Shown here: positions 33,268 through 42,312 of the stretch, piece by piece | Position numbering within the stretch: position 1 is the stretch's first letter | Layout of the letters: each line of letters starts with the position of its first letter | Origin: Nitrosopumilaceae archaeon | GTDB lineage: Archaea > Thermoproteota > Nitrososphaeria > Nitrososphaerales > Nitrosopumilaceae | Assembly (NCBI GenBank): GCA_965214835.1 | Contig: CBDCCK010000002.1 | Coordinates: 1,056,001-1,120,000, forward strand | DNA length: 64,000 nucleotides | Direction of reading: 5' to 3' | The notes under the pieces: model-generated | Databases searched by the model: none | The model's input: only the letters and a program-made list of their open reading frames with translations | What the model was told of the DNA's origin: nothing | Program-made: the position numbers and the translations under genes

Positions 33268-33813
33268 ATGAAGATTGCCCTTGATGTTGATGGCGTGCTA
33301 GCAGACGTCATACTCTCCTGGATCAAGCAGAGCAACCGGCACCGCGACCGGCTGACCAAGGAGCAGATCACCAGCTGGGATTTTTGGAGGAGCCACAACA
33401 TCAACAGGTATGATTTTTACAAGGAGCTGTCAGACTGCTGGAAAAGCTGGAAGACCGTTCCGCCAACGGAAAAAAGCCTGTCAAGGAGCACAAAAAGGCT
33501 GTCGGAGTTTGGCCAGGTTGATATTGTCACTGCCCGGGAAAAGTCTACCGATGAGTTTGTCAGACAGTGGCTGAGTCTTCACGACATCTCATACGACAGC
33601 TATGTCTCCGTTGTAGACGGCACACTCAAGGCCGGTCTTGACTATGACGTATTCATCGATGACTCGCCACTCAACGCAACTGCGCTCGCTGAAAAAAACA
33701 GGACTGTGCTGCTATATGAGCAGCCCTGGAATGCGGATTTTCACAACCCAAAGTCGGTTCGTATCTCCTCATTAAGCGACGCCATAGAAAGGATCAGCCG
33801 GATTTCTTCATGA
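33268..33813 (+). CDS. 5'(3')-deoxyribonucleotidase-like HAD hydrolase
   Basis: DVDGVLAD, IVTAR, FIDD, PWN. Confidence 0.85.
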   Translation: MKIALDVDGVLADVILSWIKQSNRHRDRLTKEQITSWDFWRSHNINRYDFYKELSDCWKSWKTVPPTEKSLSRSTKRLSEFGQVDIVTAREKSTDEFVRQWLSLHDISYDSYVSVVDGTLKAGLDYDVFIDDSPLNATALAEKNRTVLLYEQPWNADFHNPKSVRISSLSDAIERISRISS

Positions 33814-33961
33814 GTCGTATCTCCACCTGGTGTCCCTCTCTTACGTGCCCTGCATGGCTTGATTTTAGGAACTCCCCGATCTTATCCTCGGTATAAAACC
33901 TCCTGTTATAGCGCCCAATCACCTTTTTGCAGTTTCTGCAGTAAATCTCGCTGTATTCCAA
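33794..33961 (-). CDS. Small putative Zn-binding protein (55 aa, TTG start, not in ORF track)
   Basis: MEYSEIYCRNCKKVIGRYN...HAGHVREGHQVEIR (CxxC plus His). Confidence 0.7.
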   Translation of the reverse strand: MEYSEIYCRNCKKVIGRYNRRFYTEDKIGEFLKSSHAGHVREGHQVEIRLMKKSG

Positions 33962-34321
33962 CAAGGCCGGCTATGCTGATGGTGTATTTGTACTGATCAA
34001 TAGAGAAACCGTAAGGCCTACTCTCATCGCAGAAGATAGGCAAGCTTGAGGCCCGGATTGACGACGTGTTCAGGGAGAGCCAGGAGCTCAAGACCCCTAG
34101 CTGGGCAGGGTTAACCGTAAACCCAAGATGACAAAAAGGGCAAGCATACCACTGACCCTCAAGGAATGGGACGCGCCGGATGCGGCTGCACACAAGGCCA
34201 AGATGCAAGTCCGCCCTGCTGCGCTCGGTTCTGGCAGGCTCCAAGGTGATTCCGGCGTTAGCCGCTAACGGTTACCGCCCGATCCTTACTTTTTTATAGG
34301 AATATCTCCAATAGATTATAA

Positions 34322-34416
34322 CGTTGGCGACGGGAATTGAACCCGCATGAACGGCCCGGCTAGGGGCCACTCGCCGAGGCTTCAGCTCGGTGGGCTTGCC
34401 AATGCCCAACACCAAC
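34322..34416 (-). tRNA. Atypical tRNA-like gene: GAA anticodon, long variable arm, G73
   Basis: GTTGGTG/CGCCAAC acceptor; GGGC/GCCC D-stem; CCGAG-CTGAAGC-CTCGG anticodon arm; 9-bp variable stem; GCGGG-TTCAATT-CCCGT T-arm. Confidence 0.8.
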
Positions 34417-34433
34417 GTTATTTTCTGCCTTGG

Positions 34434-34441
34434 TATATTTA
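34434..34441 (-). promoter_or_regulatory. Putative TATA box for the tRNA-like gene
   Basis: TAAATATA on the minus strand about 18-25 nt upstream of the predicted mature 5' end. Confidence 0.45.
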
Positions 34442-34451
34442 GATTAAAAAA

Positions 34452-34664
34452 TTAGGATTTCCTGACAGGCTTGATGATATGAATCCGGCACGCCTTTAGC
34501 GGATCACTGTCATCGGTTCTCTGCACCATGAGCAGCTTTGGCGTCTCAAAATCCTCGGTACACTTGGGGCAGGCGTACGTCAGAACCCGGAACTCGTTTG
34601 GATTCTTAGCGTGCTCAGCTGCGGATAATACACCAGCTGGGAGCCGCAGTTGATGCAGAAGCAC
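34452..34664 (-). CDS. Small hypothetical protein with CxxC
   Basis: YACPKC; start uncertain. Confidence 0.35.
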   Translation of the reverse strand: MLLHQLRLPAGVLSAAEHAKNPNEFRVLTYACPKCTEDFETPKLLMVQRTDDSDPLKACRIHIIKPVRKS

Positions 34665-34859
34665 TTGACTGTGGCCATCAGGCCTCCTCCACGAACTTGC
34701 ACTTGCAGACGGTACACGTTATGATCTGGCCGGGCTCGACCCGGGCTGTCTGCTCAATTACAGCAAGGCGTGACTATCAATCGTCTTATTATAGCAGCGA
34801 GCAGAAGTCTTTGAGTCAAAACAGGGTTCATTCGAAAAGTACAATGATCACGTAACCGG

Positions 34860-35347
34860 TGCAGTGGGCATGGCAAAAGAAACGGACGGCCTACGGGATC
34901 CTCCCCGTTCCGGATGCAGGCGAGGCGCACGGAAAAAGGATTGCCGCCATAATGAACCTATCCATTGAACGCAACAGTACCGACGTCATGACGGTGCGTG
35001 ATGGCACAAGGGATGCCACCGGGACAGAATACAACACAGGACATGTCCAAGGACTGATGCGCCGGCACGGCCTGTCGCACCGCAGGGTGCAAAATGTACA
35101 TGTCAGCCATGCCGCCCCAACCCGGCGGGATGGTGTACAGAAGGATCAGCGAGCTGCGGCATGCCATGTCTGAGTATTACAGGACGGCGTTGTTTGCCCG
35201 CCTTTACATGTACAAGTACATTTGCAGATCGCCGGTCAAAGCCCTCAATTACTTGTGACCGTTGTCATATTCAAGGAGGATTTGACGGATTATCTCAGGG
35301 AGCCCAAACCCCCCGATGTCAGGTTCGGGGTACTTTTCACTTAGCTG
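34860..35347 (+). mobile_element. Degraded IS remnants (IS630-like HTH fragment followed by an ISH3-type right end)
   Basis: YNTGHVQGLMRRHGLS resembles the IS630 winged HTH; GTACTTTTCACTTAGCTG end matches the MITE at 2907. Confidence 0.55.
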
Positions 35348-35388
35348 ATCACACAAGAAACTTATTCTAGAGCCTTGATCTGAAGGGT

Positions 35389-35473
35389 GCGGGAGTCGCC
35401 AAGCCTGGTCAAAGGCGTAAGGTTCAGGTCCTTATCTCCTAGGGGTTCGTGGGTTCGAATCCCACCTCCCGCA
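35389..35473 (+). tRNA. tRNA-Leu (CAG)
   Basis: GCGGGAG/CTCCCGC acceptor, TAAGG-TTCAGGT-CCTTA arm, long variable arm, A73. Confidence 0.95.
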
Positions 35474-35591
35474 CTATAATCAAGATCCCCCGCCTGAGCT
35501 AGTCGGCACGTGGAAGGGCAGAGTCTTCAACCTTGTTGCTGGGCGTGAGCCTGACGGTTGTGCCAGCGCCGCAAGGCTGGACTTGCAGATC

Positions 35592-35712
35592 GTAGTAGGA
35601 CGGCCCTGGGCAGAATTGAAGTCACGACCCCTAGGGCCGGACAGGCATGAAAATCACGACTGCAGGCAAATGTGCGCCTGATTGCTGCCTCGGCAGGGGC
35701 CAATCCTGTTAC
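35592..35712. mobile_element. MITE related to the IS66 at 56179-57766
   Basis: GGCAGGGGCCAATCCTGTTAC end and CAGGCATGAAAATCAC motif; flanks TGCAGATC/GGTAGATC. Confidence 0.75.
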
Positions 35713-35783
35713 GGTAGATCCCGCCCCTGCCGCTTCTCCGTTTTTATAAACAACTTTAAAAACTATATCCCCCCACACTTTGC

Positions 35784-36035
35784 ATGGGATTTATCGGTGG
35801 CAGGGGAACATCACGAAGGCCTGTCAAAGAACTAAAAAAAACTCCAGTTTCTGGCGACGCATACAAAGAGTATCAAAAGAAGATCAAGGAGGCAGCCAAG
35901 GACACCTATATTTCCGTTGGTCGCGGTACCAAGAAAATCAAGTTCGGTGATCTAAAGGAGGGCTCGGGAACGTCTTCTGCAAAGGGAAGATATGTCTCAA
36001 TGGGCCGCGGAACCGGAAGAAGAAAAGTAGAATAA
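35784..36035 (+). CDS. Small basic hypothetical protein
   Basis: Lys/Arg-rich ORF with repeated Y(I/V)S(V/M)GRGT; TATA-like element upstream. Confidence 0.7.
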   Translation: MGFIGGRGTSRRPVKELKKTPVSGDAYKEYQKKIKEAAKDTYISVGRGTKKIKFGDLKEGSGTSSAKGRYVSMGRGTGRRKVE

Positions 36036-36058
36036 ATTTCCGCCTTTCCTAATTTTTA

Positions 36059-37954
36059 TTATGACAACTTTTGTATTTTTTCCTGCAGTTTTCTGCTGAT
36101 CTTCTCTCCGGAGGTCTTGCCCCTGAGAGTCTTCATTGCGATTCCCATCAGGGGTCCCAGGGCTCGCTCCCCCTGCTTTTCAACAATTGACCTGTTCTCA
36201 TCTATGATCTGCTCTAGTGTGGAGTCTAGTTTTTCATCCGACAGGGACATATCGGAGGCCTCCCGTATGACCTGATCTGAGTCCCTGCCTGACATTATCC
36301 CCTCCAAAATCATCTCAACTGACTCTTTTGAAATCTTTTCACCATCAAGCAGTTCAAAAACCCGGATCATGGCCTTCCCTGACAGCCTTGTTTTGTCTAA
36401 TCCGCTGCGCTCCAAATTTGTAACCGTGGAGCACAGAGTGGATGCCACAAAGTTTGGCGAGCTTTTTGACGCCCCGCATATTTTTTCAAATATCCCCATA
36501 TACTCAGAATCAAAGATTTGCTCGGTCAGCTGGGCGTTTAGCTGATACCTATCTTGGATCTCTTTTATTGTTTGATCCCAAGATTTTGGAATGTTTCTAC
36601 GAGCATTCAAAAGATCCTGCTCAGAAATTATGACCGGCGGAATGTCGGTCTCTGGGTACATTCTAGCTGCACCCGGCCTTGGCCTTAGGAACTTTGTTTC
36701 CCCTGCCGGCGTTGCCAGTCTGGTATCTGCCGGAATTGCATGCTCCCTGATATGCTCAACTCTTTGTATGATCTGATCAATGATTGTGTGCATCCTCTCT
36801 GCTGGGGCAGCAAGAATCAAAAACGCGTCGTTTTCCGAAGCCTTTGTATTTTTTCTTATGTCTTCTACGTCTGCCTCCTCTACTCCGTAGTTTGGCAGCT
36901 CATCTGAATGAAACACCCCGCCTATTCCAAAAAATCTCACCATCTCTGCAACCTCCCTTCCCAGCCTGATTCCCTCATGAGGCATAAACCCGAACACGCC
37001 CCCTAAATTTTTAAAGACAATCCCAAAAATCCTGTGTCTCTTCCTGATTGCGTCCTGTACAATCCTTGATCTGCAGCTCCCCATTGCGCCTGTGATTTCA
37101 ATGCGATCCTCGCTGCTGTGGAGCCAGCCCCTGCCCCGGATCTCCTCTGAGATTTTCAATAGTCCGTGCTGCCGCCTTGCCTCATACTCGACGACCTTTT
37201 CCAGCTGATCTAGCTGCTGCACCCCCTTTACCTCTATGACCGCCCCGCCCATTATTGAAACGTTGATGTCCTGGCGAATCGAGCCCAGGCCTCTTTTGAC
37301 CCTCCTCGTGCTTCTTAGAATCCTGCCTAGTGCAAGTGCAATGTCCTTGATCTGCCCGGGTTCTGCCTCAAATGGCTCGGTGGCGATCTCTACTAGCGGA
37401 ACGCCGAGCCTTTCTAGTCCATATTTCCTCGCCGAGCCCTCGTCCCCGAGAATCTTTGCGGCATCCTCCTCTAGACAAATGGACTGGATTCCGATTTTTT
37501 TATCGCCTACCTCGTAATGGCCCCCCTGGGATACCAGCATGGTCCTTTGAAATCCTGTCGTATTGGAGCCGTCAATAACCGTTTTTCTCATTGGGAAGAT
37601 CTCCCTGAATATTCTTGATCCTAGTGCAGACGCTATGATCAGAGCCGTCTCCTTTGCATCTGCATCCAGCTCGTGTGGCGGCTCCTCGTCCTGCTCTACC
37701 AGGCAGCTGCTTTGGGGGTTTGCAAAGTACAGGATTGTCTTTGATTTCGCGCTCTCAAACAATGCGGCGGGATCAAGCTCCCCCAGCTCGCTTTTTGAGG
37801 CGCGCAGCCTTCTTTGAAACTTTATAGAGTACTCGTCTGACTCTATGGGCTGGCAGTTGCAAAATAACTTCTTGTTGGTGGCCAGCTGCTGGTGTATCTC
37901 AAGTCCGACCTTGACGCCAGCGTCTTTTATTGAGAATTTTTCCATGATGCCCAT
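36059..37954 (-). CDS. gatE: Glu-tRNA(Gln) amidotransferase subunit E
   Basis: GLEIHQQL, DGSNTTGFQRT, RMYPETD. Confidence 0.96.
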   Translation of the reverse strand: MGIMEKFSIKDAGVKVGLEIHQQLATNKKLFCNCQPIESDEYSIKFQRRLRASKSELGELDPAALFESAKSKTILYFANPQSSCLVEQDEEPPHELDADAKETALIIASALGSRIFREIFPMRKTVIDGSNTTGFQRTMLVSQGGHYEVGDKKIGIQSICLEEDAAKILGDEGSARKYGLERLGVPLVEIATEPFEAEPGQIKDIALALGRILRSTRRVKRGLGSIRQDINVSIMGGAVIEVKGVQQLDQLEKVVEYEARRQHGLLKISEEIRGRGWLHSSEDRIEITGAMGSCRSRIVQDAIRKRHRIFGIVFKNLGGVFGFMPHEGIRLGREVAEMVRFFGIGGVFHSDELPNYGVEEADVEDIRKNTKASENDAFLILAAPAERMHTIIDQIIQRVEHIREHAIPADTRLATPAGETKFLRPRPGAARMYPETDIPPVIISEQDLLNARRNIPKSWDQTIKEIQDRYQLNAQLTEQIFDSEYMGIFEKICGASKSSPNFVASTLCSTVTNLERSGLDKTRLSGKAMIRVFELLDGEKISKESVEMILEGIMSGRDSDQVIREASDMSLSDEKLDSTLEQIIDENRSIVEKQGERALGPLMGIAMKTLRGKTSGEKISRKLQEKIQKLS

Positions 37955-37955
37955 C

Positions 37956-39248
37956 CTATTCTGAAAATTCCGATGCTACCTTGTCTAGCATGATGCCCCT
38001 GATCCCGTCCCGGTCTTCTGAAACGCCTGCTGCCCACATTGCCTTGACTAGGGCAGTCTCTGGAATCATGTCCTCCAGCGGGACTATTCCCAAGCTGAGC
38101 AGGTCCCTGCCACTCTCATATACCGTCATCCTTACCCTTCCGTCAATGCACTGTGAGGTCATTCCCATGAAGATTCCCCTCTCCCCCATCCTCTTGATCA
38201 CGGGATACGTCCTTTTACCTATGTGCCCTAGCCCCGTTCCCTCGAAGATTACTGCCTTGTAACCTGACTCGGCAATCCCCTCCAAGATATCCGGGCTGAG
38301 TCCCGGGTAATATTTTACGAGCGCCACCCTTTCATCAAGTTTTATCCTTGGCCTGAACTCATTGCTGGCGAAGAATCGGCCCTTCAGGTTTCCATGCAGG
38401 GCCTCGTTTACGATCAAAAATGCGGGATCGTCCCCAATCGTTTGAAATGCCCCCCTCTTGCTTGTGTGGTTCTTTCTCACTCGTGTACCTATGTGGCATG
38501 CCACAGTATCGTCATTCCCATCCTGGTGCATCACGACATACACCCCGTTTGTCTTGCAGCCTGTCAGAAATCTTGCAGCTGCAATCAGGTTCAGTGCCGC
38601 ATCTGATGATGCCCTATCCGAGGATCTCTGTGATCCCACCAGGGCAATCGGAATCGGAAACCCTGCTAGTGCAAACGAAAGAAACGACGAGGTATAGTGC
38701 ATCGTGTCCGTCCCGTGTGCAATTATAACCCCCGCATATTTTTCCGGATCAGCGGTATCTTGGATGGCCTTTGCAATTTTCAGCCAGTGCTCTGGAACTA
38801 TGTTCTCTGAGTACTCTGAGAATAGTACCCCTGCATCAATGTTTGCTATTTTTGATAATTCCGGAATTGAATCATTTAGTTCCTGTGCCGTCAGTGTAGG
38901 GGTTACCGCACCCGTCCTGTAGTCTATCTTGCTTGCAATGGTGCCTCCTGTGGATAGCAGAAGGATGTCTGGCAGTTCCGGATTGCCCTTTGATTCCGGA
39001 TTGCCCTTTGATTTGCTCCTGCCTGTCGTAATTTTTTGAATATCGCTTATCTTCTCCAGCTCTATTCCTACGTTGTACCCGCTTTTCAGCTTGATAACTA
39101 TGTGCCTGTCGTCTGCATGCTCGTACCTTGGCATGATTATTCCCGCATATGTCAAGCCTGCAGAAATTTTTACGGAATCCCCCACCACGATCTGCCGTTT
39201 TTTGAGAAACTCAAGGGACTCTCCTGCATAGCCTCCAAATCCTGACAT
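37956..39248 (-). CDS. gatD: Glu-tRNA(Gln) amidotransferase subunit D
   Basis: TGGTIAS, HGTDT, SQRSSDR. Confidence 0.96.
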   Translation of the reverse strand: MSGFGGYAGESLEFLKKRQIVVGDSVKISAGLTYAGIIMPRYEHADDRHIVIKLKSGYNVGIELEKISDIQKITTGRSKSKGNPESKGNPELPDILLLSTGGTIASKIDYRTGAVTPTLTAQELNDSIPELSKIANIDAGVLFSEYSENIVPEHWLKIAKAIQDTADPEKYAGVIIAHGTDTMHYTSSFLSFALAGFPIPIALVGSQRSSDRASSDAALNLIAAARFLTGCKTNGVYVVMHQDGNDDTVACHIGTRVRKNHTSKRGAFQTIGDDPAFLIVNEALHGNLKGRFFASNEFRPRIKLDERVALVKYYPGLSPDILEGIAESGYKAVIFEGTGLGHIGKRTYPVIKRMGERGIFMGMTSQCIDGRVRMTVYESGRDLLSLGIVPLEDMIPETALVKAMWAAGVSEDRDGIRGIMLDKVASEFSE

Positions 39249-39351
39249 TCTGTGGTTTACTGCAGCCTATTTTATAAAAACTACCTGTGGCATCTCACGT
39301 GGGCATCCCCGGCAAGGGCCCTCTCTTTTGGCAGGCAGGTTATTTTTTCAT

Positions 39352-40597
39352 CAGTAGTTCCGATTGTGACCCCGGCCTGCCCTAGCCCGGATCGGGGGGC
39401 TTTTTGTTCCATGGTCTCATACACCATCTTATAATCCGGGCAAGCAGTACCTTGAGCTTGATCTTCTTTTTTTTGCACCATGATCTTGCGATCATCCAGA
39501 TGTTAGACATTCCAAGCGACAGGTAGAACAGTATGAGTCTTATGGCATCGTTCCGACTGCAGGTGCGCGGCATGGCCCTCTTGACGTCCCGGTATCCGGT
39601 CTCTATTCCCCACCTCTTGCGGTACTCCTCGGGAAGCTCAAACAAATCCTCCGGCGTGCAGTTGGTCATGTTGGTGACAAAGGCGATGTGGAACTTTTTC
39701 TTGTTTTTATCCTCCCTTTCCAGTATTATCAGGTTGCATCTTATCTTGCTGCTGCCAGAGGATATGGTATACTTGCTGACTGCATCCCTGTGCCCGTCTA
39801 TGTGCTCCTGTATGGCCCTCTCAACTCCCTTGGTGCATACTGCAGGAGTCATGAACCGCAATCCTGCATTATTTATCGTGTTGAGTACGTCAACTGAGTA
39901 AAACTCCTTGTCCATCAGGACCATCTGCGGCCTGATGTGCATTCTCTTGATGGTTTGCAGCAATTTACGCACGAATTCGGGGTTAAACGCGTCCCTGGTC
40001 ACCGGAAGGCACGCAAGGTGCGTCTGGTGCTTTTGTCCTACTGTTCTTGCAGTGATGTATGCCTCAGCCGTGCGGGTGCCCGGCCCCCTGTACTTTATCT
40101 TGTGGGTCATGTCCGGATTGTGGTCGTACCGCGGGATCTTGGTCTTGTCGATGGCTATGATCGGGGATTTTCCAATCAGGCCACCCTTGATGGAGTCTGT
40201 GACGGTCCTGCGCAGGATCTTGTCGGCCCTCTTGTGCATCGTCTCATAGTCCACCTGGCCCAGCTTGCCAAGCAGCCAGTCGGCGCCGGGGCTGCGGCCT
40301 GCAGAGTCCCGGAGTATCTCTGCGGCCTGTTCTGCGCACATGCGCTCCTTGGACATCGTTGCCAGAAGCGCAGCTGCATCCGTTTCATCGTATATTGCGT
40401 TGTGTCTGTCAGAGAACTTCATGCCTACTGCCGAGACGGCGTTCTGGAACATCTTGCGCTCCCTGTGTCCGTACGGCTTTTGAGCGGCCCTGGCACTTTT
40501 TGTCATGCAGGAATTGCTAAAAGTTCCCCCTATAGATCCAAGTGATCATAAAAATCTGTCAATTTGCCTTATTTTCAGGCCACAATCGGAACTACTG
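39352..40597 (-). mobile_element. ISH3/IS4-family element (transposase 39382-40506)
   Basis: IR CAGTAGTTCCGATTGTG; 5-bp TSD TTCAT; DKEFY and YRKRWGIETGY motifs. Confidence 0.93.
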
Positions 40598-41465
40598 TTC
40601 ATAACCTCTGGTATTTTTTTTAAAACCACCGTTGAAACGTCTTTGAAGGGAGGGGGAGCCTGTGGCAGCACGGACCTCAAATCCCCAACCCACCTTTTCT
40701 CCATTCCTAGAACACCCTCTCTAAACCTGTCAAGGCTAAATTCATGGCCATACAGACTGGTTTTGGTTTGTACTAATTCGGGATCTAGGCATACCTGCTT
40801 TCCAAGCAAGTAGTTCAAGTCGTATAGATGCCTGGGAGCTCCAGAGTAGATCACGGCCCGAACCTTCTCTGCCATTATTTCCTCTTTTGACATTGAAGGA
40901 ATGCTAAAGGCGGGGAGCTCGTCGTAATTATGTAAAACAGTTAGGTTTGCCGGCCTGACTTGCACACTCTCGCGTAAGCTTAGATCGATTCGTACGTTGT
41001 TAGGCCAGCTGTTGAACCCCCTGTATTTGACAACAAGCCTCCTGCTGTCTCCCACTGTGGTTTCAATCCTGATTCCTGTAACCGAAAAATCCAACTCGTT
41101 TTTGCCATCAAGTAGTGCTTTTACATCCTCTGAAACGTCCTCAGAGCAGGTAAAATCCACGTCTTCTGAAAATCTAAAATCACTAAAGTAGGTTTTTTTT
41201 ATTGCAGTGCCCCCTTGGACACCATTTTATCCAGTTTTGACAGCCGTGCAATAAGAGAAAGAATGTAACAGCTCGGGCTTTGGAAGTGACTTGCGATTTT
41301 AGGCACGAATTACATCTGCGGAGGCCTCTGGTGGTAAAATTCACGCCTGAACTTCCAGAGCTCGACCTGTTACGAAAGAATGCTTATTACTGCATAGTCC
41401 TTTTCCATCGTCCCGATTTGAATATTTTCCTGCCCTGCCAGCCTCCTCATTTTCTCATCATCCAC
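40598..41465 (-). pseudogene. AbiEii/AbiGii nucleotidyltransferase toxin, disrupted
   Basis: EKDY, GGTAIKK.Y, RFSEDVDF, AEKVRA, RHLYD motifs; MITE insertion, a frameshift and ISH3 at the 3' end. Confidence 0.85.
41265..41373. mobile_element. IS66-type MITE family C (109 bp)
   Basis: GTAACAGCTCGGGC..GGAAGT IRs; perfect 8-bp TSD GAAAGAAT. Confidence 0.92.
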
Positions 41466-42135
41466 TAGTAATCCCCCCACCCCAAAAGCTGGGTTCTTGT
41501 CACGTTGACTATCAACCCGTATTCCTTGGAATATTCAATTTTCTTTTTATCAGATCTCGGATCAAGGTAATGGTATGGATATCCCCTCAAGTTTTCCTTG
41601 ACTGACTTTGAAATGCCACCTTCTAATTCCAAGATATCTAGCAGGTATCCTGGCCTCCGTAGCACCACACTGATTTTTACCTTTTTTGGTAACAGCTCGG
41701 GCTCTGGAAGTTGTTCCTGATTTCAGGCACGAATCTGCCCAAGAGGGATCTTCAAGGTGGCAAAACTCACACCTGAACTTCCAGAGCCCGAGCTGTTACC
41801 TTTTTTGCCATTTCTAGGAGCTTTTGCCAGTCTAGCTCACCTCTTACATTCCATATTGCCTTGGCAACCTCTGGAATTCCACCGCAGTATTCTGGATGCA
41901 TTAGTCCATCCACTATCGTTTTTTCCTTGCTAGATATGCTGAATTTTGTCCTATTGGACTCCTCCTCGGTGAACCCAAAGAATTTTTTCCTTGATAGCGT
42001 TACAAACTCGTATCTCTGATTTCCAAACCCTATGACTCGCCTCTTTTTTCTTTTCGGCGTTGCCACAAAAACCGTATGTAGAATCTGCTCGGTCATTCCC
42101 CAGAAACTCATCGCGGTCCAAAATCCGACATAATA
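41465..42135 (-). pseudogene. AbiEi-type antitoxin, disrupted and 5'-truncated
   Basis: SFWGMTEQI, KFFGF, EKTIVDGL..PEYCGG, RRPGYLL; stop overlaps the toxin start (TAGTG). Confidence 0.82.
41689..41799. mobile_element. IS66-type MITE family C (111 bp)
   Basis: 24-bp IR GTAACAGCTCGGGCTCTGGAAGTT; perfect 8-bp TSD CTTTTTTG. Confidence 0.93.
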
Positions 42136-42155
42136 GACTTTATGCGTAATTAGAC

Positions 42156-42247
42156 GTATGTGGTCACGTCCCCTTGTTAGCTAGGCACGAAAATCACAAT
42201 CATGCATCTAATTCGTGCCTGACTGATGGGGGTAGGTGGCCTCGTAC
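42156..42247. mobile_element. MITE family B (92 bp)
   Basis: GTA...TAC ends; perfect 8-bp TSD AATTAGAC. Confidence 0.9.
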
Positions 42248-42312
42248 AATTAGACTGTTGAACACATGATAAAAACGCCCCCGCCGTAGCCAGGGTGATG
42301 GATCAACCCCTC

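Noticed and set aside
33990-34300. RNase P RNA
   Set aside because: No GAGGAAAGUCC or terminal AGAA..CGGC consensus on either strand.
34355-34368. CTA triplet in the variable-arm loop of the odd tRNA as an amber-suppressor anticodon
   Set aside because: It lies in a 6-nt loop without canonical U33 geometry; the canonical 5-bp/7-nt anticodon arm carries GAA.
34322-34416. tRNA-Sec or tRNA-Pyl
   Set aside because: The anticodon is not TCA or CTA, the D-stem is 4 bp, and no sel/pyl genes are in the window.
35389-35473. tRNA-Leu or tRNA-Gln as attachment site of an intact integrated element
   Set aside because: No duplicated tRNA fragment or integrase was seen in the window.
38976-39013. 18-bp tandem repeat (SKGNPE twice) in gatD
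   Set aside because: Simple in-frame slippage in an interdomain linker.
41265-41799. CRISPR array suggested by recurring short repeats
   Set aside because: The repeats are inverted pairs with TSDs (MITE ends), not regularly spaced direct repeats; no cas genes are present.
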